In this document: positions 32,431 through 42,830 of the stretch, one piece after another
Numbering within the stretch: position 1 is the first letter of the stretch
Layout: each line of letters begins with the position of its first letter
Origin: an uncultured Chloroflexia bacterium
GTDB lineage: Bacteria; Chloroflexota; Anaerolineae; Anaerolineales; Anaerolineaceae
Assembly: GCA_963723145.1 (NCBI GenBank)
Contig: CAVRPM010000008.1
Span: 83,987 to 147,986 of the forward strand
Length of the DNA stretch: 64,000 nucleotides
Direction: 5' to 3'
Notes under the pieces: generated by a model
What the model was told of the DNA's origin: nothing
Seen by the model: only the letters and a program-made list of their open reading frames with translations
Databases searched by the model: none
Made by a program: the position numbers and the translations under genes

Positions 32431-33965
32431 CTATGAGGTTATTGCAGCTGGTTCACTCAATGTTCTGGCTGTTGCCGCAGTCATGATCTTTTCCTGGGTA
32501 GCTTCTGCACGAACAAACTCACCAGTCAAACGCCCTTCGCACATCACAATCACACGATCACTCATTCCAAGTATTTCTGGCAATTCTGATGAGATCATGA
32601 TAATCGCCAGCCCTTCACCTGCTAATTTACTCATCAATTCATGCACCGCGGCTTTTGTGCCCACATCGATACCGCGTGTTGGTTCATCCAGAATCAGAAT
32701 CAGGGGCTCAGTGGAAAGCCATTTTGCCAGAACCACTTTCTGCTGATTGCCACCAGAGAGTTCCTGCGCAAGCTGCTGCAGGCCAGAAGATCGTACATCC
32801 AGCTTGTCATGCATTTCCTTTGCTTTCTTTGATTCTTCATTTCTGTTAATAAATTGAAGACGTGAAAATCTTCTAATTATCGGCAATGAGATATTTTTAG
32901 TGATATCTGATTGCAGAACAAGGCCATGAATTTGCCGGTTTTCAGGCACATATGCCATTCCTAATGCCATCGCTTTTCGGGGGTGCCGAATACTAACACG
33001 CTCTCCATTTATATATACTTCGCCGCCGTCAGGCGGAAGGATTCCGAATAAAGCAGTAGCAACTTCTGTTCTGCGAGCACCCACCAATCCAGCTAATCCC
33101 AGGATTTCGCCTTTGTGAAGTTTGAAGGATATATTCTCAAATAATCCTTCTTTCTTAAGCCCCTTCACTTCCATAATAACTTCACCGCGCTTAACCTCAA
33201 ACTTAGGGAATAACTGTGAGATATTCCTGCCCACCATCATTCTTACCAGGTCTTCCTGTGAGATATCTTTGACATCTTTTGTGTCAATGTACTGCCCATC
33301 ACGGAAAACTGTTACACGGTCGGCAATTTCAAAGACTTCTTCCAAGCGGTGGGAGATAAATAGGATTGAGCGATTATCATCTCTCAATTTCCTGACAATT
33401 CTGAACAGATCGTTTACCTCATGAAGAGTCAGCGAGGATGTGGGTTCATCCATGATCAGGATTTGCGCATTAGCGGTTAATGCTTTTGCAATCTCAACCA
33501 TTTGCATTTGGGCAATTGAAAGACCAAGGACTTTTCTTTAACATCCAGGTTAACACCAAGTTCCTTCAATGGCACTTTGGCAAGGTCGTTCATCTTGCGC
33601 CAGTCAATCCCCCCAATTTTGTTTTTAGGTTCGTGGCCAATAAAGATATTTTCGGCAACACTCAGGTCTGGAAATAATGAGGCTTCCTGAAAAATTGCGG
33701 CAATGCCCAATCCCTGTGCTATTTGCGGATTGTGGATTATTACGGTATCCCCCGCGAATTCAATTACTCCAGAATCCGGGTGGATAACACCCATGATGAT
33801 CTTCACCAATGTTGATTTTCCGGCGCCGTTTTCACCGACGAGCGCGTGCACTTCACCGCGGCGCAAATTAAGATGCACATCGCTTAATGCTCTGACACCC
33901 TCATAATTCTTAAGTATGTTGTGCATATCCAGAATGACTTTATGCTTGTTCTGCGAATCGGTCAT
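32431..33965 (-). CDS. two-domain sugar ABC ATPase (RhaT/RbsA-like), frameshift near 33530
   Basis: GENGAGKST, MDEPT, ISHRL, LSGGNQQK, DEPTRGIDVG. Confidence 0.92.
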
Positions 33966-34195
33966 AAAAAAGTCCTTTATTTTTTGCGTTTCGGCCTTTC
34001 TTAAAAGTTATAGAATTAAAAATAAAACTGGAAAATTTAATTTCCAGTTTACAATTTGATCTCCAGGCAGACAATATTTTTGCATTCTGAATTCTTGATC
34101 AAGATCAGTAATTCCTTCAGAATATTTTTCAAGCGCGCCATAGTATTTTCTGTCATTATCAATGACTCAATTTATCTATCACCCTGATAATCATT

Positions 34196-34256
34196 TACCT
34201 GTCTAGTTGTATGTACTGCAATCAAAGATATTAGCACAAGCCAAATCAAATGTCAA
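34196..34256 (-). promoter_or_regulatory. promoter and operator of the transporter/isomerase/kinase operon
   Basis: minus-strand TTGACA (34256-34251), 17 nt, TAATAT with extended TG; operator TACCTGTCTAGTTGTATGTAC at 34196-34216. Confidence 0.75.
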
Positions 34257-34300
34257 TGACTTTTGGTAATCTTTGGAATAATAACAGTCAAATCGTGCAA

Positions 34301-34936
34301 TTATTCCAGTTTCGTAATCTCATCATGATTGAGGTTTTTATAATTAAGGATATATCCTTTACCATTCTTTGAGATTACAGAAAGGTGCGTTTTTTTCATA
34401 AAACCTTCATTAATACTTTGGGGTTGATTTTCGCAGAAAGCCCAAATAAAACCCATCCATAAAATTGCGTGTCCAACCAATAAGACAGCCCCATCCCAAT
34501 CCCGATTTAATAAATTTGTAAACAAAAATCGTTCAAGCCGCTGCATGACATCCAATAGTGATTCCCCTTCAGAAATACTGGCTTGTGGATACCCACTTTC
34601 CCAATTCGCAACCATATTCTTATAAACTGACAGAAATGCCGGATCGGCAATATCACGCCCATCCAGCCGCCCCAAATCAACCTCGATCAGGTCATTTGAA
34701 TGAAAAACCGGCAAACCAATTTCTTCAGCCACTATTCGTGCAGTCTGGCTTGCACGTAAAAGCGTGCTTGAATAGATTGCAGCGATTTTTTTATTTTTAA
34801 GGCTCTTCGCCAGACTCTTGGCTTGGAGAATGCCTTTCTCGGTTAATTGGGGATCCACTGACCTGCCGATAAAAATATTTTCAAAATTCGATACACTTTC
34901 ACCATGGCGCGCTAAATAGAGAGTTAAATTAGACAT
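34301..34936 (-). CDS. histidine phosphatase (PGAM superfamily)
   Basis: YLARHGES, LTEKG, STLLRASQTA, GES, LVGH. Confidence 0.9.
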   Translation of the reverse strand: MSNLTLYLARHGESVSNFENIFIGRSVDPQLTEKGILQAKSLAKSLKNKKIAAIYSSTLLRASQTARIVAEEIGLPVFHSNDLIEVDLGRLDGRDIADPAFLSVYKNMVANWESGYPQASISEGESLLDVMQRLERFLFTNLLNRDWDGAVLLVGHAILWMGFIWAFCENQPQSINEGFMKKTHLSVISKNGKGYILNYKNLNHDEITKLE

Positions 34937-34961
34937 CAGGAAATTCCATTTTTATTTAATC

Positions 34962-35723
34962 TTATCGGCTCGATAACCGCACATAAAAATCATAACGGTC
35001 CCCGCGCCAGACAGAAATCAGGTACTCAAAAGGTTTGCTATTGACATCAAAAGTCAAGCGTGTAATCTCAAAAATTGGGTCACATTCGGATATGAGCAAT
35101 AATTCAGCTTCTTCGGATGTTGCCACCCGGGTACGGATGGTCTGCTCTCCATCCTTAGGCAAAATATTATAGAAATGCTTCCAAAGGGGAAAGAATGACC
35201 CACTCAAGTCTTTTTTAACCAGATCCGGCATCAACAGCACCGGAAAGAACGCTCGCTGTAAACTGATAGGCTCTCCATTAGCAAGGCGCCTCCGGTATAC
35301 TTCCCACACTTTTTCATTTTCGCCCAGGTTAAGGCTCGCGCGTATATGGCTGCGGGGTGTGACCTGATTAATGCTGAGCACCTCGGTCGCAGGTTCCCAA
35401 CCCCGATTCCTCAGATCTTCTGTTGTTGAACACAGGTATGAGAGGTCCAGTTCTACTCGGCGCCGCCGCACAAAGGTACCACGGCCTTTTTCACGATAGA
35501 TCAACCCTTCACGTTCCAGCATGTCGAGCGCATGCCGAATTGTGCCGCGATTAACTGAAAACAGGTCACAAAGTTCTGTTTCTGATGGCAGCGAAATTTC
35601 TGCATGATCCTCTTTTTCATCAATGTCTGCTATCGATTCACGCAGAACTTGAACAATCTGGTAATAGTATGGTACGGGTAAATCTTTGTTGATGCGGCGC
35701 GGGTTTAATAAACTCTCAGTCAT
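34962..35723 (-). CDS. GntR-family (HutC/UTRA) transcriptional regulator
   Basis: PYYYQI, LPSETEL, VNRGTIRHAL, GRGTFV; C-terminal UTRA domain. Confidence 0.93.
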   Translation of the reverse strand: MTESLLNPRRINKDLPVPYYYQIVQVLRESIADIDEKEDHAEISLPSETELCDLFSVNRGTIRHALDMLEREGLIYREKGRGTFVRRRRVELDLSYLCSTTEDLRNRGWEPATEVLSINQVTPRSHIRASLNLGENEKVWEVYRRRLANGEPISLQRAFFPVLLMPDLVKKDLSGSFFPLWKHFYNILPKDGEQTIRTRVATSEEAELLLISECDPIFEITRLTFDVNSKPFEYLISVWRGDRYDFYVRLSSR

Positions 35724-35733
35724 TTTCTCCTTC

Positions 35734-35863
35734 TACCTGCTCACTTGTATAAACAGCTTTTCAGGAAAAATTTTACCATTGATCGCTTGCCTGTCAAAAC
35801 CCCCTCGTTTCTTGACGAAGATTAATTTCTATGCTATATTTCTACCTGTCCACTTGTCTAAAC
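35734..35863. promoter_or_regulatory. back-to-back promoters for gntR and rlp, each followed by an operator copy
   Basis: minus: TTGACA 35797-35792, 16 nt, TAAAAT; plus: TTGACG 35812-35817, 17 nt, TATATT; operators at 35734-35754 and 35843-35863. Confidence 0.75.
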
Positions 35864-36004
35864 AGGCTTAAAATAAATCATTTATTAATCATTCTTTCTG
35901 CGAGAAATCGGTTTTATGTCGTGCAAAAGCAAGCAGAAAATGTATTCCTGGAATGACCTGTGGGAATTTTGGCAAGATTTTAATAATTTTAAAGGAGAGA
36001 AACT

Positions 36005-37357
36005 ATGAAAAGGCTGTTTGACCCCGATATGTTCGATTTTATGCTCGAAAGCGTCAATCACAATCGCTATATAGTCGCTACTTATTACATAGAGGATACT
36101 CAAGAGGATCAGGATTGGCTTGAGCATCTGCACCAGGTTCAACGCATGGCTCTGGAAGGCTCGACCTCCAGCTGGATGCGCGTTAAAGAAGATACAGGTG
36201 AAGTTCGTGAAAAGTTGACCAGTAAGGTCCTCGGTTATTATGAGATCCCAACTGAAAATAAGCATAAAAAAGCAGCTGTTATCCAGCTTGGTTTCCCGAT
36301 TGACGCCTGGGATGTCAACGTCAATGTACCCATGATGCTCCTGACAATTGCCGGTAATGCTTTCGTGTTCAGCAAGAAGGTCAAACTTCTGGATGTGTAT
36401 TATCCCCCTGAACTGGTCAATCGCTTTAAAGGTCCAAAGTTTGGTATTTCTGGGCTGCGTGAGTTAAAAGGAATAAATGACCGCCCAATGGTTTTGCATA
36501 TCATCAAACCGAAAATGGGCATGACTCCTGAGCAGACCGCAGATCAGGTCTTTCAGACGGCTCTGGGTGGCGCTGATTTTGCAAAAGATGACGAGATGCT
36601 GGCCGACCTGGAGAATTCCCCCTGGGAAAAACGTCTTGAGGCAGTGCTGAAAGCTGTTGATAAAGCTGAGAAAGAAACCGGCAAACGTTTGACGTATATG
36701 CTCAGCATTACCGATTCTTACGAGAATCTCATACCCAAAGCAAAGCGCGCGGTACAACTCGGGGCTGAAGGTCTGCTTCTCGCTTATTCCTGCGGGCCTG
36801 CTGCTTTAAAAGTTCTTTCTGAAGATCCCGAAATTAATGTACCCATTCTTCTGCACATTTCTCATATGTTGGCAGGCTTGCAGCATATCAACTTCCCCAC
36901 TTACTCCAAACTTTGCCGCCTTTGCGGTGCAGATATGATGCTTTCTCCTTGCATCTGGACTACCATTCCTGCCTCATCACCCGAGGAATGCGCTCGCAAC
37001 TATCAGGAAATGGTTGCACCGTTCTATAATATTAAACAGACCTTCCCGATGCCAGCCGCAGGGATGTATCCTGGCCTTATGCCGGCATTGATGGAAGAGT
37101 TTGGCCCTGACATGATCATCCCCGCCGGTGGTGGGATGCTTGGGCACCCATCAGGCTACACAGCGGGTGCAAAAGCCTGGCGCCAGGCTATTGACGCAAG
37201 CATGAAAGGCATGAAGCTCTCGGAATATGCTAAAGACCATGAAGAGCTCAAGGTCGCCATTGAGAAATGGGGCATCCGCAAGCGCCCGCAAACTTATTGG
37301 GGTTATGTAAGCAAAGAATTCAACCCAGAATTTGCGGACAAGAATTTAGACCTATAA
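36005..37357 (+). CDS. rlp: RuBisCO-like protein (form IV, RLP)
   Basis: EGSTSSW, AGN, FKGPKFG, IIKPKMG, GGADFAKDDE, AGGG..GHP; lacks form I-III R295/H327/S379 equivalents. Confidence 0.93.
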   Translation: MKRLFDPDMFDFMLESVNHNRYIVATYYIEDTQEDQDWLEHLHQVQRMALEGSTSSWMRVKEDTGEVREKLTSKVLGYYEIPTENKHKKAAVIQLGFPIDAWDVNVNVPMMLLTIAGNAFVFSKKVKLLDVYYPPELVNRFKGPKFGISGLRELKGINDRPMVLHIIKPKMGMTPEQTADQVFQTALGGADFAKDDEMLADLENSPWEKRLEAVLKAVDKAEKETGKRLTYMLSITDSYENLIPKAKRAVQLGAEGLLLAYSCGPAALKVLSEDPEINVPILLHISHMLAGLQHINFPTYSKLCRLCGADMMLSPCIWTTIPASSPEECARNYQEMVAPFYNIKQTFPMPAAGMYPGLMPALMEEFGPDMIIPAGGGMLGHPSGYTAGAKAWRQAIDASMKGMKLSEYAKDHEELKVAIEKWGIRKRPQTYWGYVSKEFNPEFADKNLDL

Positions 37358-37375
37358 AATCTAATGCTGATCATT

Positions 37376-37421
37376 AAGAGCGTATGGGGTGTAAAGATCA
37401 ATACCACACCATACGCTCTTT
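37376..37421 (+). terminator. stem-loop after rlp
   Basis: AAGAGCGTATGG/CCATACGCTCTT inverted repeat. Confidence 0.55.
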
Positions 37422-37444
37422 CAATATAAAAATCTTAAGAAAAA

Positions 37445-38416
37445 ATGACTAAAAATTCCTTATCGAATATTGATTATCTGGGGATGTATCATCGTATGGT
37501 ATTAATTCGCCGGTTTGAAGAACGGGTTAATGAACTATACATGAAAGGCCTTATCCCTTCGACCCTGCATCTATATATTGGCCAGGAAGCTGTTGCTGTT
37601 GGGGTTTGTACCAATCTGAAAGACAGCGATTATATACTCAGTACGCACCGGCCTCATGGACATGCGATTGCCAAAGGCGTCGATATTAAAAATATCATGG
37701 CGGAACTTTATGGAAAGGCAGGCGGTTGCTGCAAAGGCAAAGGCGGCTCAATGCATGTGGGCGATATTAATGTGGGTATGTTTCCTGCCATAGCTATCGT
37801 GGGCGGTAACGTTCCCATCGCTGCTGGTGCCGCATTGGCACAGAAATTACTGAATAACAATGGAGTAACGGTATGTTTCTTCGGTGATGGCGCGGCCAAT
37901 GAGGGCGCCTGGCACGAATCAATGAATGCGGCAGCCATATATGATCTGCCAGTAGTTTTTGTTTGTGAAAACAACCTATACGCCGCATCCACCCCATTTA
38001 GCATGACCTTCAGAGTTGATAATGTCGCTGACCGCGCAGCTGGGTATGGCATGCCCGGAGTGGTTGTTGATGGCAATGACGTTTTAGCAGTTTCTGAGAC
38101 CTGTTGCGCAGCAATTGAGCGCGCCCGCAGGGGTGAAGGACCTACCCTGATAGAATGTAAAACTTACCGCCAGTGCGGCCATTCCCGCTCAGACCCAAGG
38201 GGATATCGTTCAAAAGAAGAGGAACAGGAATGGCTTAAAAAAGATCCTATCCCGAGATTTGAAATTTGGCTGTTGGATGGCAACTATGCCAGAGGTACTG
38301 ATTTGGCACAGATCAAGGAAGGGATAGAAAAAGAAATTGATGAAGCCATCGCCTTTGCCGAGAGCAGTCCCCTGCCCGAGCCGGTGACAACTTACACGGA
38401 TGTTTTCAAGGAGTAG
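37445..38416 (+). CDS. ThDP-dependent E1 alpha subunit (acetoin/2-oxoacid dehydrogenase type)
   Basis: HLYIGQEA, STHRPHGH, GKGGSMH, GDGAANEG...ENN, TYR..GHS. Confidence 0.93.
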   Translation: MTKNSLSNIDYLGMYHRMVLIRRFEERVNELYMKGLIPSTLHLYIGQEAVAVGVCTNLKDSDYILSTHRPHGHAIAKGVDIKNIMAELYGKAGGCCKGKGGSMHVGDINVGMFPAIAIVGGNVPIAAGAALAQKLLNNNGVTVCFFGDGAANEGAWHESMNAAAIYDLPVVFVCENNLYAASTPFSMTFRVDNVADRAAGYGMPGVVVDGNDVLAVSETCCAAIERARRGEGPTLIECKTYRQCGHSRSDPRGYRSKEEEQEWLKKDPIPRFEIWLLDGNYARGTDLAQIKEGIEKEIDEAIAFAESSPLPEPVTTYTDVFKE

Positions 38417-38418
38417 AC

Positions 38419-39432
38419 ATGGCAAAATTATCTATTGTTGAAGCACTCAGGGAAGCAATCCGCGAGGAGATGCGGCGCGACGAACGTGTTTTCTGTATTG
38501 GCGAAGATATCGATATTGAAGGCGGTTTTGGCGGTGCGTTTACTGTTACTCTGGGGCTCTCCAAAGAATTTGGTCATGGGCGCGTGATTGACACACCCAT
38601 TTCAGAAATAGCGTTATGCGGTATGGCTGTTGGCGCGGCAGTAGCAGGTATGCGTCCGATTGCTGACGTCCAATATGGAGATTTTCTTTTTTGCATGATG
38701 GACCAGCTTGCCAACGAAGCTGCCAAACTGCGCTATATGTCAGGAGGTCAGGTTTCAGTTCCAATGGTAATGCGCGCCCCAGTTGGATCAACCCGCCGCG
38801 GTTCGCAACATGCCCAGAATCTTGAGGGTTTTTTCACGCATGTACCCGGCCTTAAGGTCGTAGCTCCTTCAACAGCCTATGATGCCAAAGGTTTACTTAA
38901 ATCGGCTGTGCGTGACGGCAACCCTGTACTTTTTTTCGAGCATAAACTGCTTTATGGCTCAAAAGGCCAGCGCTCAGAAGTTGGCGCGCTTAGCCCTGTG
39001 GGGGAAGTACCGGAGGAGGAATATCTGGTTCCTATTGGCAAGGGCATTATCAGACGCGATGGTAAAGATCTGACTATTGTCGCCACGCATCGCATGCTTT
39101 ATGAGTCTCTCGCTGCGGCAGATAAACTGGCGCAAAAAGGTATTGAGGTTGAGATTATTGATCCGCGTACGCTGGTGCCATTGGATAAAGATCTTATTTT
39201 TGATTCAGTGCGGAAAACCGGCCGATTGATGATAGTGGAAGAAGATAATTTGACTAATGGCTGGGGTGCTGAGATTGCAGCTCTGGCTGCGGATGAAGTC
39301 TTTGAATGGCTTGATGCGCCAATTAAACGCCTTGCATCACCTGATGTGCCGCCGCCTTTCGCGCCTGTGCTTGAAAAGGAATACTTACAGAATGAAGCCA
39401 AGATTATCTCAGCAGTCGAAAATTTGCTGTAA
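38419..39432 (+). CDS. E1 beta subunit
   Basis: DTPISE, GMRPIA, QHAQ, FEHKLLY, IDPRTLVPLD. Confidence 0.93.
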   Translation: MAKLSIVEALREAIREEMRRDERVFCIGEDIDIEGGFGGAFTVTLGLSKEFGHGRVIDTPISEIALCGMAVGAAVAGMRPIADVQYGDFLFCMMDQLANEAAKLRYMSGGQVSVPMVMRAPVGSTRRGSQHAQNLEGFFTHVPGLKVVAPSTAYDAKGLLKSAVRDGNPVLFFEHKLLYGSKGQRSEVGALSPVGEVPEEEYLVPIGKGIIRRDGKDLTIVATHRMLYESLAAADKLAQKGIEVEIIDPRTLVPLDKDLIFDSVRKTGRLMIVEEDNLTNGWGAEIAALAADEVFEWLDAPIKRLASPDVPPPFAPVLEKEYLQNEAKIISAVENLL

Positions 39433-39446
39433 AGGAGGAAGAATCC

Positions 39447-40631
39447 ATGCCCGTTGACATCCTTGTTCCACCCCTAAGCCAGACGTCCGATTCTCTGCTC
39501 CTGCTGGAATGGTTAAAAAAACCTGGTGATAAAGTGGATAAAGGGGAAGCCCTTTTTACCGTTGAAACCGATAAAGCATCTCTCGAAGTAGAGTCCCCTG
39601 AAAGCGGTACCCTCCTTGAGGTTTACGCCAAACCACAAACTGAAATAGCCGTACGTAGTGTGATTGGCAAAATTCTTAAATCCGGTGAAGCGCTTCCTGA
39701 AAAATTGGAATCCGAGAAAGAAGAAATTCACAATTCAATAAGCAACATCATTCCAATTGACTCAATTCAAATAGATAAAGAACCGGGGATGGAAAGCAAA
39801 CCTTTCAACCGGGTTTTTGCCAGCCCGCGTGCCAGAAAACTTGCAAAAGAGAAGAACCTGGATCTTTCACTTGCGGATCCAACCGGGGTGCGTGGGATGG
39901 TTGTGGAACGCGATGCCATCCTTTTTTTGAAAAACAGCCTGTCTTCAAACGAAAATAAGCCTGAGCCCATGAGCCATATCCGGCGGGTAATAGCCAACCG
40001 TATGCTAGAAAGTCACTTAAAAACCGCACCGGTAAGCTATATGCGGGAAATTGACATTACCAATCTGGTTGCCCTACGCAATAAAGTTTTGGCTGAATTA
40101 TCTGCGGGTGAAACAAAGCCAACATTCACTGATTTTTTTATTCATATTGTCTGCAAAGCGCTTTTATCGCATCCTCAAATGAATTCAACCTTCGAAAATG
40201 GAGACCTTAGGCAATTTAGTAATATCAACCTTGCGCTGGCTGTAGATACTGATAGGGGATTAATTGTGCCTGTGTTAAAAAATGCTGAACTGCTAACACT
40301 TCGCCAAATTACTGCAGAGCGGAAAGTTATAACAGAGAAAGCCATAAATGGCAGCGTAACACCAGATGATCTTTCACAGGGTACCTTTACCCTTACAAAC
40401 CTGGGCATTTTGGGCATTGATTTTTTTACACCCATCATAAATCCGCCGCAAGTAGCTATATTAGGTATCGGCCGAATTAGAGAAATTCCAGCTATTCAGG
40501 AGGGTGGAATTTATTTCCGCAGCGTGGTTGGTATTTCCCTGACATGCGATCATCGCATTATTGATGGTGCGCCAGCGGCTAGATTCCTTGATACGCTGTG
40601 CAAATTAATTGAGAATCCGATCAGTGACTGA
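39447..40631 (+). CDS. dihydrolipoamide acyltransferase E2
   Basis: lipoyl ETDKA; ASPRARKLA; TFTLTNLG; DHRIIDG. Confidence 0.93.
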   Translation: MPVDILVPPLSQTSDSLLLLEWLKKPGDKVDKGEALFTVETDKASLEVESPESGTLLEVYAKPQTEIAVRSVIGKILKSGEALPEKLESEKEEIHNSISNIIPIDSIQIDKEPGMESKPFNRVFASPRARKLAKEKNLDLSLADPTGVRGMVVERDAILFLKNSLSSNENKPEPMSHIRRVIANRMLESHLKTAPVSYMREIDITNLVALRNKVLAELSAGETKPTFTDFFIHIVCKALLSHPQMNSTFENGDLRQFSNINLALAVDTDRGLIVPVLKNAELLTLRQITAERKVITEKAINGSVTPDDLSQGTFTLTNLGILGIDFFTPIINPPQVAILGIGRIREIPAIQEGGIYFRSVVGISLTCDHRIIDGAPAARFLDTLCKLIENPISD

Positions 40632-40688
40632 CAGAAATTTGCGTAGGTAATAGTTGACAGGAAAAATTACCATTCGGAAAGGCAAACC

Positions 40689-41447
40689 ATGGATGAAAAG
40701 CTGACAAGACTGATTGAGTTATCCAGAGAACTTGCATACCCCGCATATAATCTGGCTATTCTGGGAGAGGGCAATACAAGCGTGGACTGTGAAGATGGCA
40801 CATTTTGGGTTAAAGCCTCTGGCAGTCAGCTCTCGACTATAACAGAAAGCGGATTCAGCCGCGTACAGGGGAAATATATTTTGAGTTTATTAAATGACCG
40901 GCAATTAGATGATGCGGGTGTGTCTGATGGTTTAAAGAGTGCCCTGACTGACTCAAAGATGAGCAAGCCATCTGTAGAAACCTTTCTTCACGCGTTGTGC
41001 ATTTACGATGGTGGAGTCAAATGGATCGGGCACACCCATCCTATATCGGTTATGTCTATTTTGTGCAGCAAAGAAGGTGCGCGTCCCTTTAAACAGCATA
41101 TTTACCCTGATGAAATTGTAGGCTGCGGTGAGATGCCTGCAGTTGTTCCTTATGTTGATCCGGGCTTGACGCTCGCACGCGCTGTGAGAGAAGAATTACG
41201 GCGTTATATGGACAAATTCGGATACACGCCCAAACTTATTCTGATGGAAAACCATGGAATGGTTGCGCTTGGACAATCTCCAGCAGATGTAATGAGTATA
41301 TCTTTGTCTGCCGATAAATGGGCTCGCACGATACTGGGAACGTTTAGCATGGGTGGACCAAAATTTTTAACCGGAGAGCAGGTAAAGCGAATTGAAACAC
41401 GCCCTGACGAGGCGTATCGCCGAAAAAAGATTTCAGGAAATTCCTGA
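40689..41447 (+). CDS. class II aldolase/adducin-family protein
   Basis: GEGNTS, VKASG, PSVETFLH, HTHP, ENHG. Confidence 0.9.
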   Translation: MDEKLTRLIELSRELAYPAYNLAILGEGNTSVDCEDGTFWVKASGSQLSTITESGFSRVQGKYILSLLNDRQLDDAGVSDGLKSALTDSKMSKPSVETFLHALCIYDGGVKWIGHTHPISVMSILCSKEGARPFKQHIYPDEIVGCGEMPAVVPYVDPGLTLARAVREELRRYMDKFGYTPKLILMENHGMVALGQSPADVMSISLSADKWARTILGTFSMGGPKFLTGEQVKRIETRPDEAYRRKKISGNS

Positions 41448-41462
41448 AAGGATCACGACAGA

Positions 41463-42827
41463 ATGGCAGTTTCACAAAGATTGATAAATAACCTTGAAGC
41501 CAGGCTGGATGACTTCAACAGGCAGGTTCGTAAGGATAGCCTGGAAGCCCTTAATGAATTAGCGATTAATGGCGATATTATTGTCGAGCCTGAACAGGAA
41601 GTTGCCAATCTGCACTGCCATTCTTATTTTTCCTACAACGGTTTCGGCTATTCACCAACCCATCTTGCATGGTTAGGTAAAAAAGACGGACTGAAATTCT
41701 TGGGTGTGGTTGATTTTGATGTTTTGGATGGTGTGGATGAATTTCTGGACTCTTGCGAGTATTTAGGAGTGCGCGCTGCAGCCGGCATGGAAACAAGAGT
41801 TTTTATTCCAGAGTTTTCTGATATCGAAATTAATTCTCCTGGAGAACCAGGCGTTTGCTATCACATGGGAATTGGCTTCACTTCAAGTTTCGCACCAGCA
41901 TCTGCCCGCCGTATACTTGAAGATATTCGATTGCGTGCGGCACAGAGAAACTGCTGTATCCTGGAAAAAATCAATAAATACCTTGATCCTTTGATTATTG
42001 ATTTTGAACGTGATATTCTTCCCATGACACCCTCAGGGAACGCGACCGAACGTCACATTGTGACCAAAATCGTTGAAAAAGCCTGCATGGAATTTGAAAA
42101 TCCCTCTCAATTTTGGAGCGACAAACTTGGACTGACAATCGAAATGATCAAAGAAGTGATGTCAGATCCTGAAAACTTTCAGAATACCATTCGTAAGAAA
42201 TTAATTAAGCGTGGAAGCATTGGTTATATCCAACCGACTGAAGATACTTTCCCTCTGATCGATGAATTCTATCAGGTGGTTTTCGCCTGCCAGGCAATAC
42301 CATGTGCTGCATGGCTCGACGGCACAACACCTGGGGAGCAGGAGATTGAAAGGCTGTTGGATGTTTTAATAAATAAAGGAACCGCGGCAATAAATATAAT
42401 TCCTGATCGTAACTGGAATATTAAGGATCCAAAGGAGAAAGCATTAAAGCTCGGCAATCTTTACCATGTTGTCCAGGTAGCTCAAGATCTAGACCTTCCT
42501 ATTTTGATCGGTACCGAAATGAATAGTATTGGACAAAAAATAATCGATGATTTAAATATTATGGAGCTTTCACCACTTAAAGAAACCTTTATTGAAGGCG
42601 CCAATTTTATCCATGGTCATACCCAGATGCAAAAGCGCTGGGGAATGGGTTATCAAAGCCCATGGGCGTTAAAATACTTTGAGGACAGGAAATCCAAGAA
42701 CGAGTTCTTCATTTCATCAGGTCAGTTGATAGCCCCTTCCAGAAATACCGTGGCTTATTATGAAACCATTGATGATAAGAAAACACCTGAAGAAGTGCTT
42801 GCCTGTCTAATTAATAACAAGGAGTAA
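41463..42827 (+). CDS. PHP-domain-like protein of unknown function
   Basis: NLHCHSYFS, GVVDFD, GMET; PHP layout with altered ligands. Confidence 0.7.
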   Translation: MAVSQRLINNLEARLDDFNRQVRKDSLEALNELAINGDIIVEPEQEVANLHCHSYFSYNGFGYSPTHLAWLGKKDGLKFLGVVDFDVLDGVDEFLDSCEYLGVRAAAGMETRVFIPEFSDIEINSPGEPGVCYHMGIGFTSSFAPASARRILEDIRLRAAQRNCCILEKINKYLDPLIIDFERDILPMTPSGNATERHIVTKIVEKACMEFENPSQFWSDKLGLTIEMIKEVMSDPENFQNTIRKKLIKRGSIGYIQPTEDTFPLIDEFYQVVFACQAIPCAAWLDGTTPGEQEIERLLDVLINKGTAAINIIPDRNWNIKDPKEKALKLGNLYHVVQVAQDLDLPILIGTEMNSIGQKIIDDLNIMELSPLKETFIEGANFIHGHTQMQKRWGMGYQSPWALKYFEDRKSKNEFFISSGQLIAPSRNTVAYYETIDDKKTPEEVLACLINNKE

Positions 42828-42830
42828 AGA

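Noticed and set aside
36005-37357. CO2-fixing RuBisCO / Calvin cycle
   Set aside because: Lacks R295/H327/S379 equivalents; no rbcS, prk or AMP-phosphorylase genes nearby
36005-41447. Standard methionine-salvage locus
   Set aside because: No mtnK, mtnA, mtnX or mtnD in the window; context is sugar uptake and E1/E2 genes
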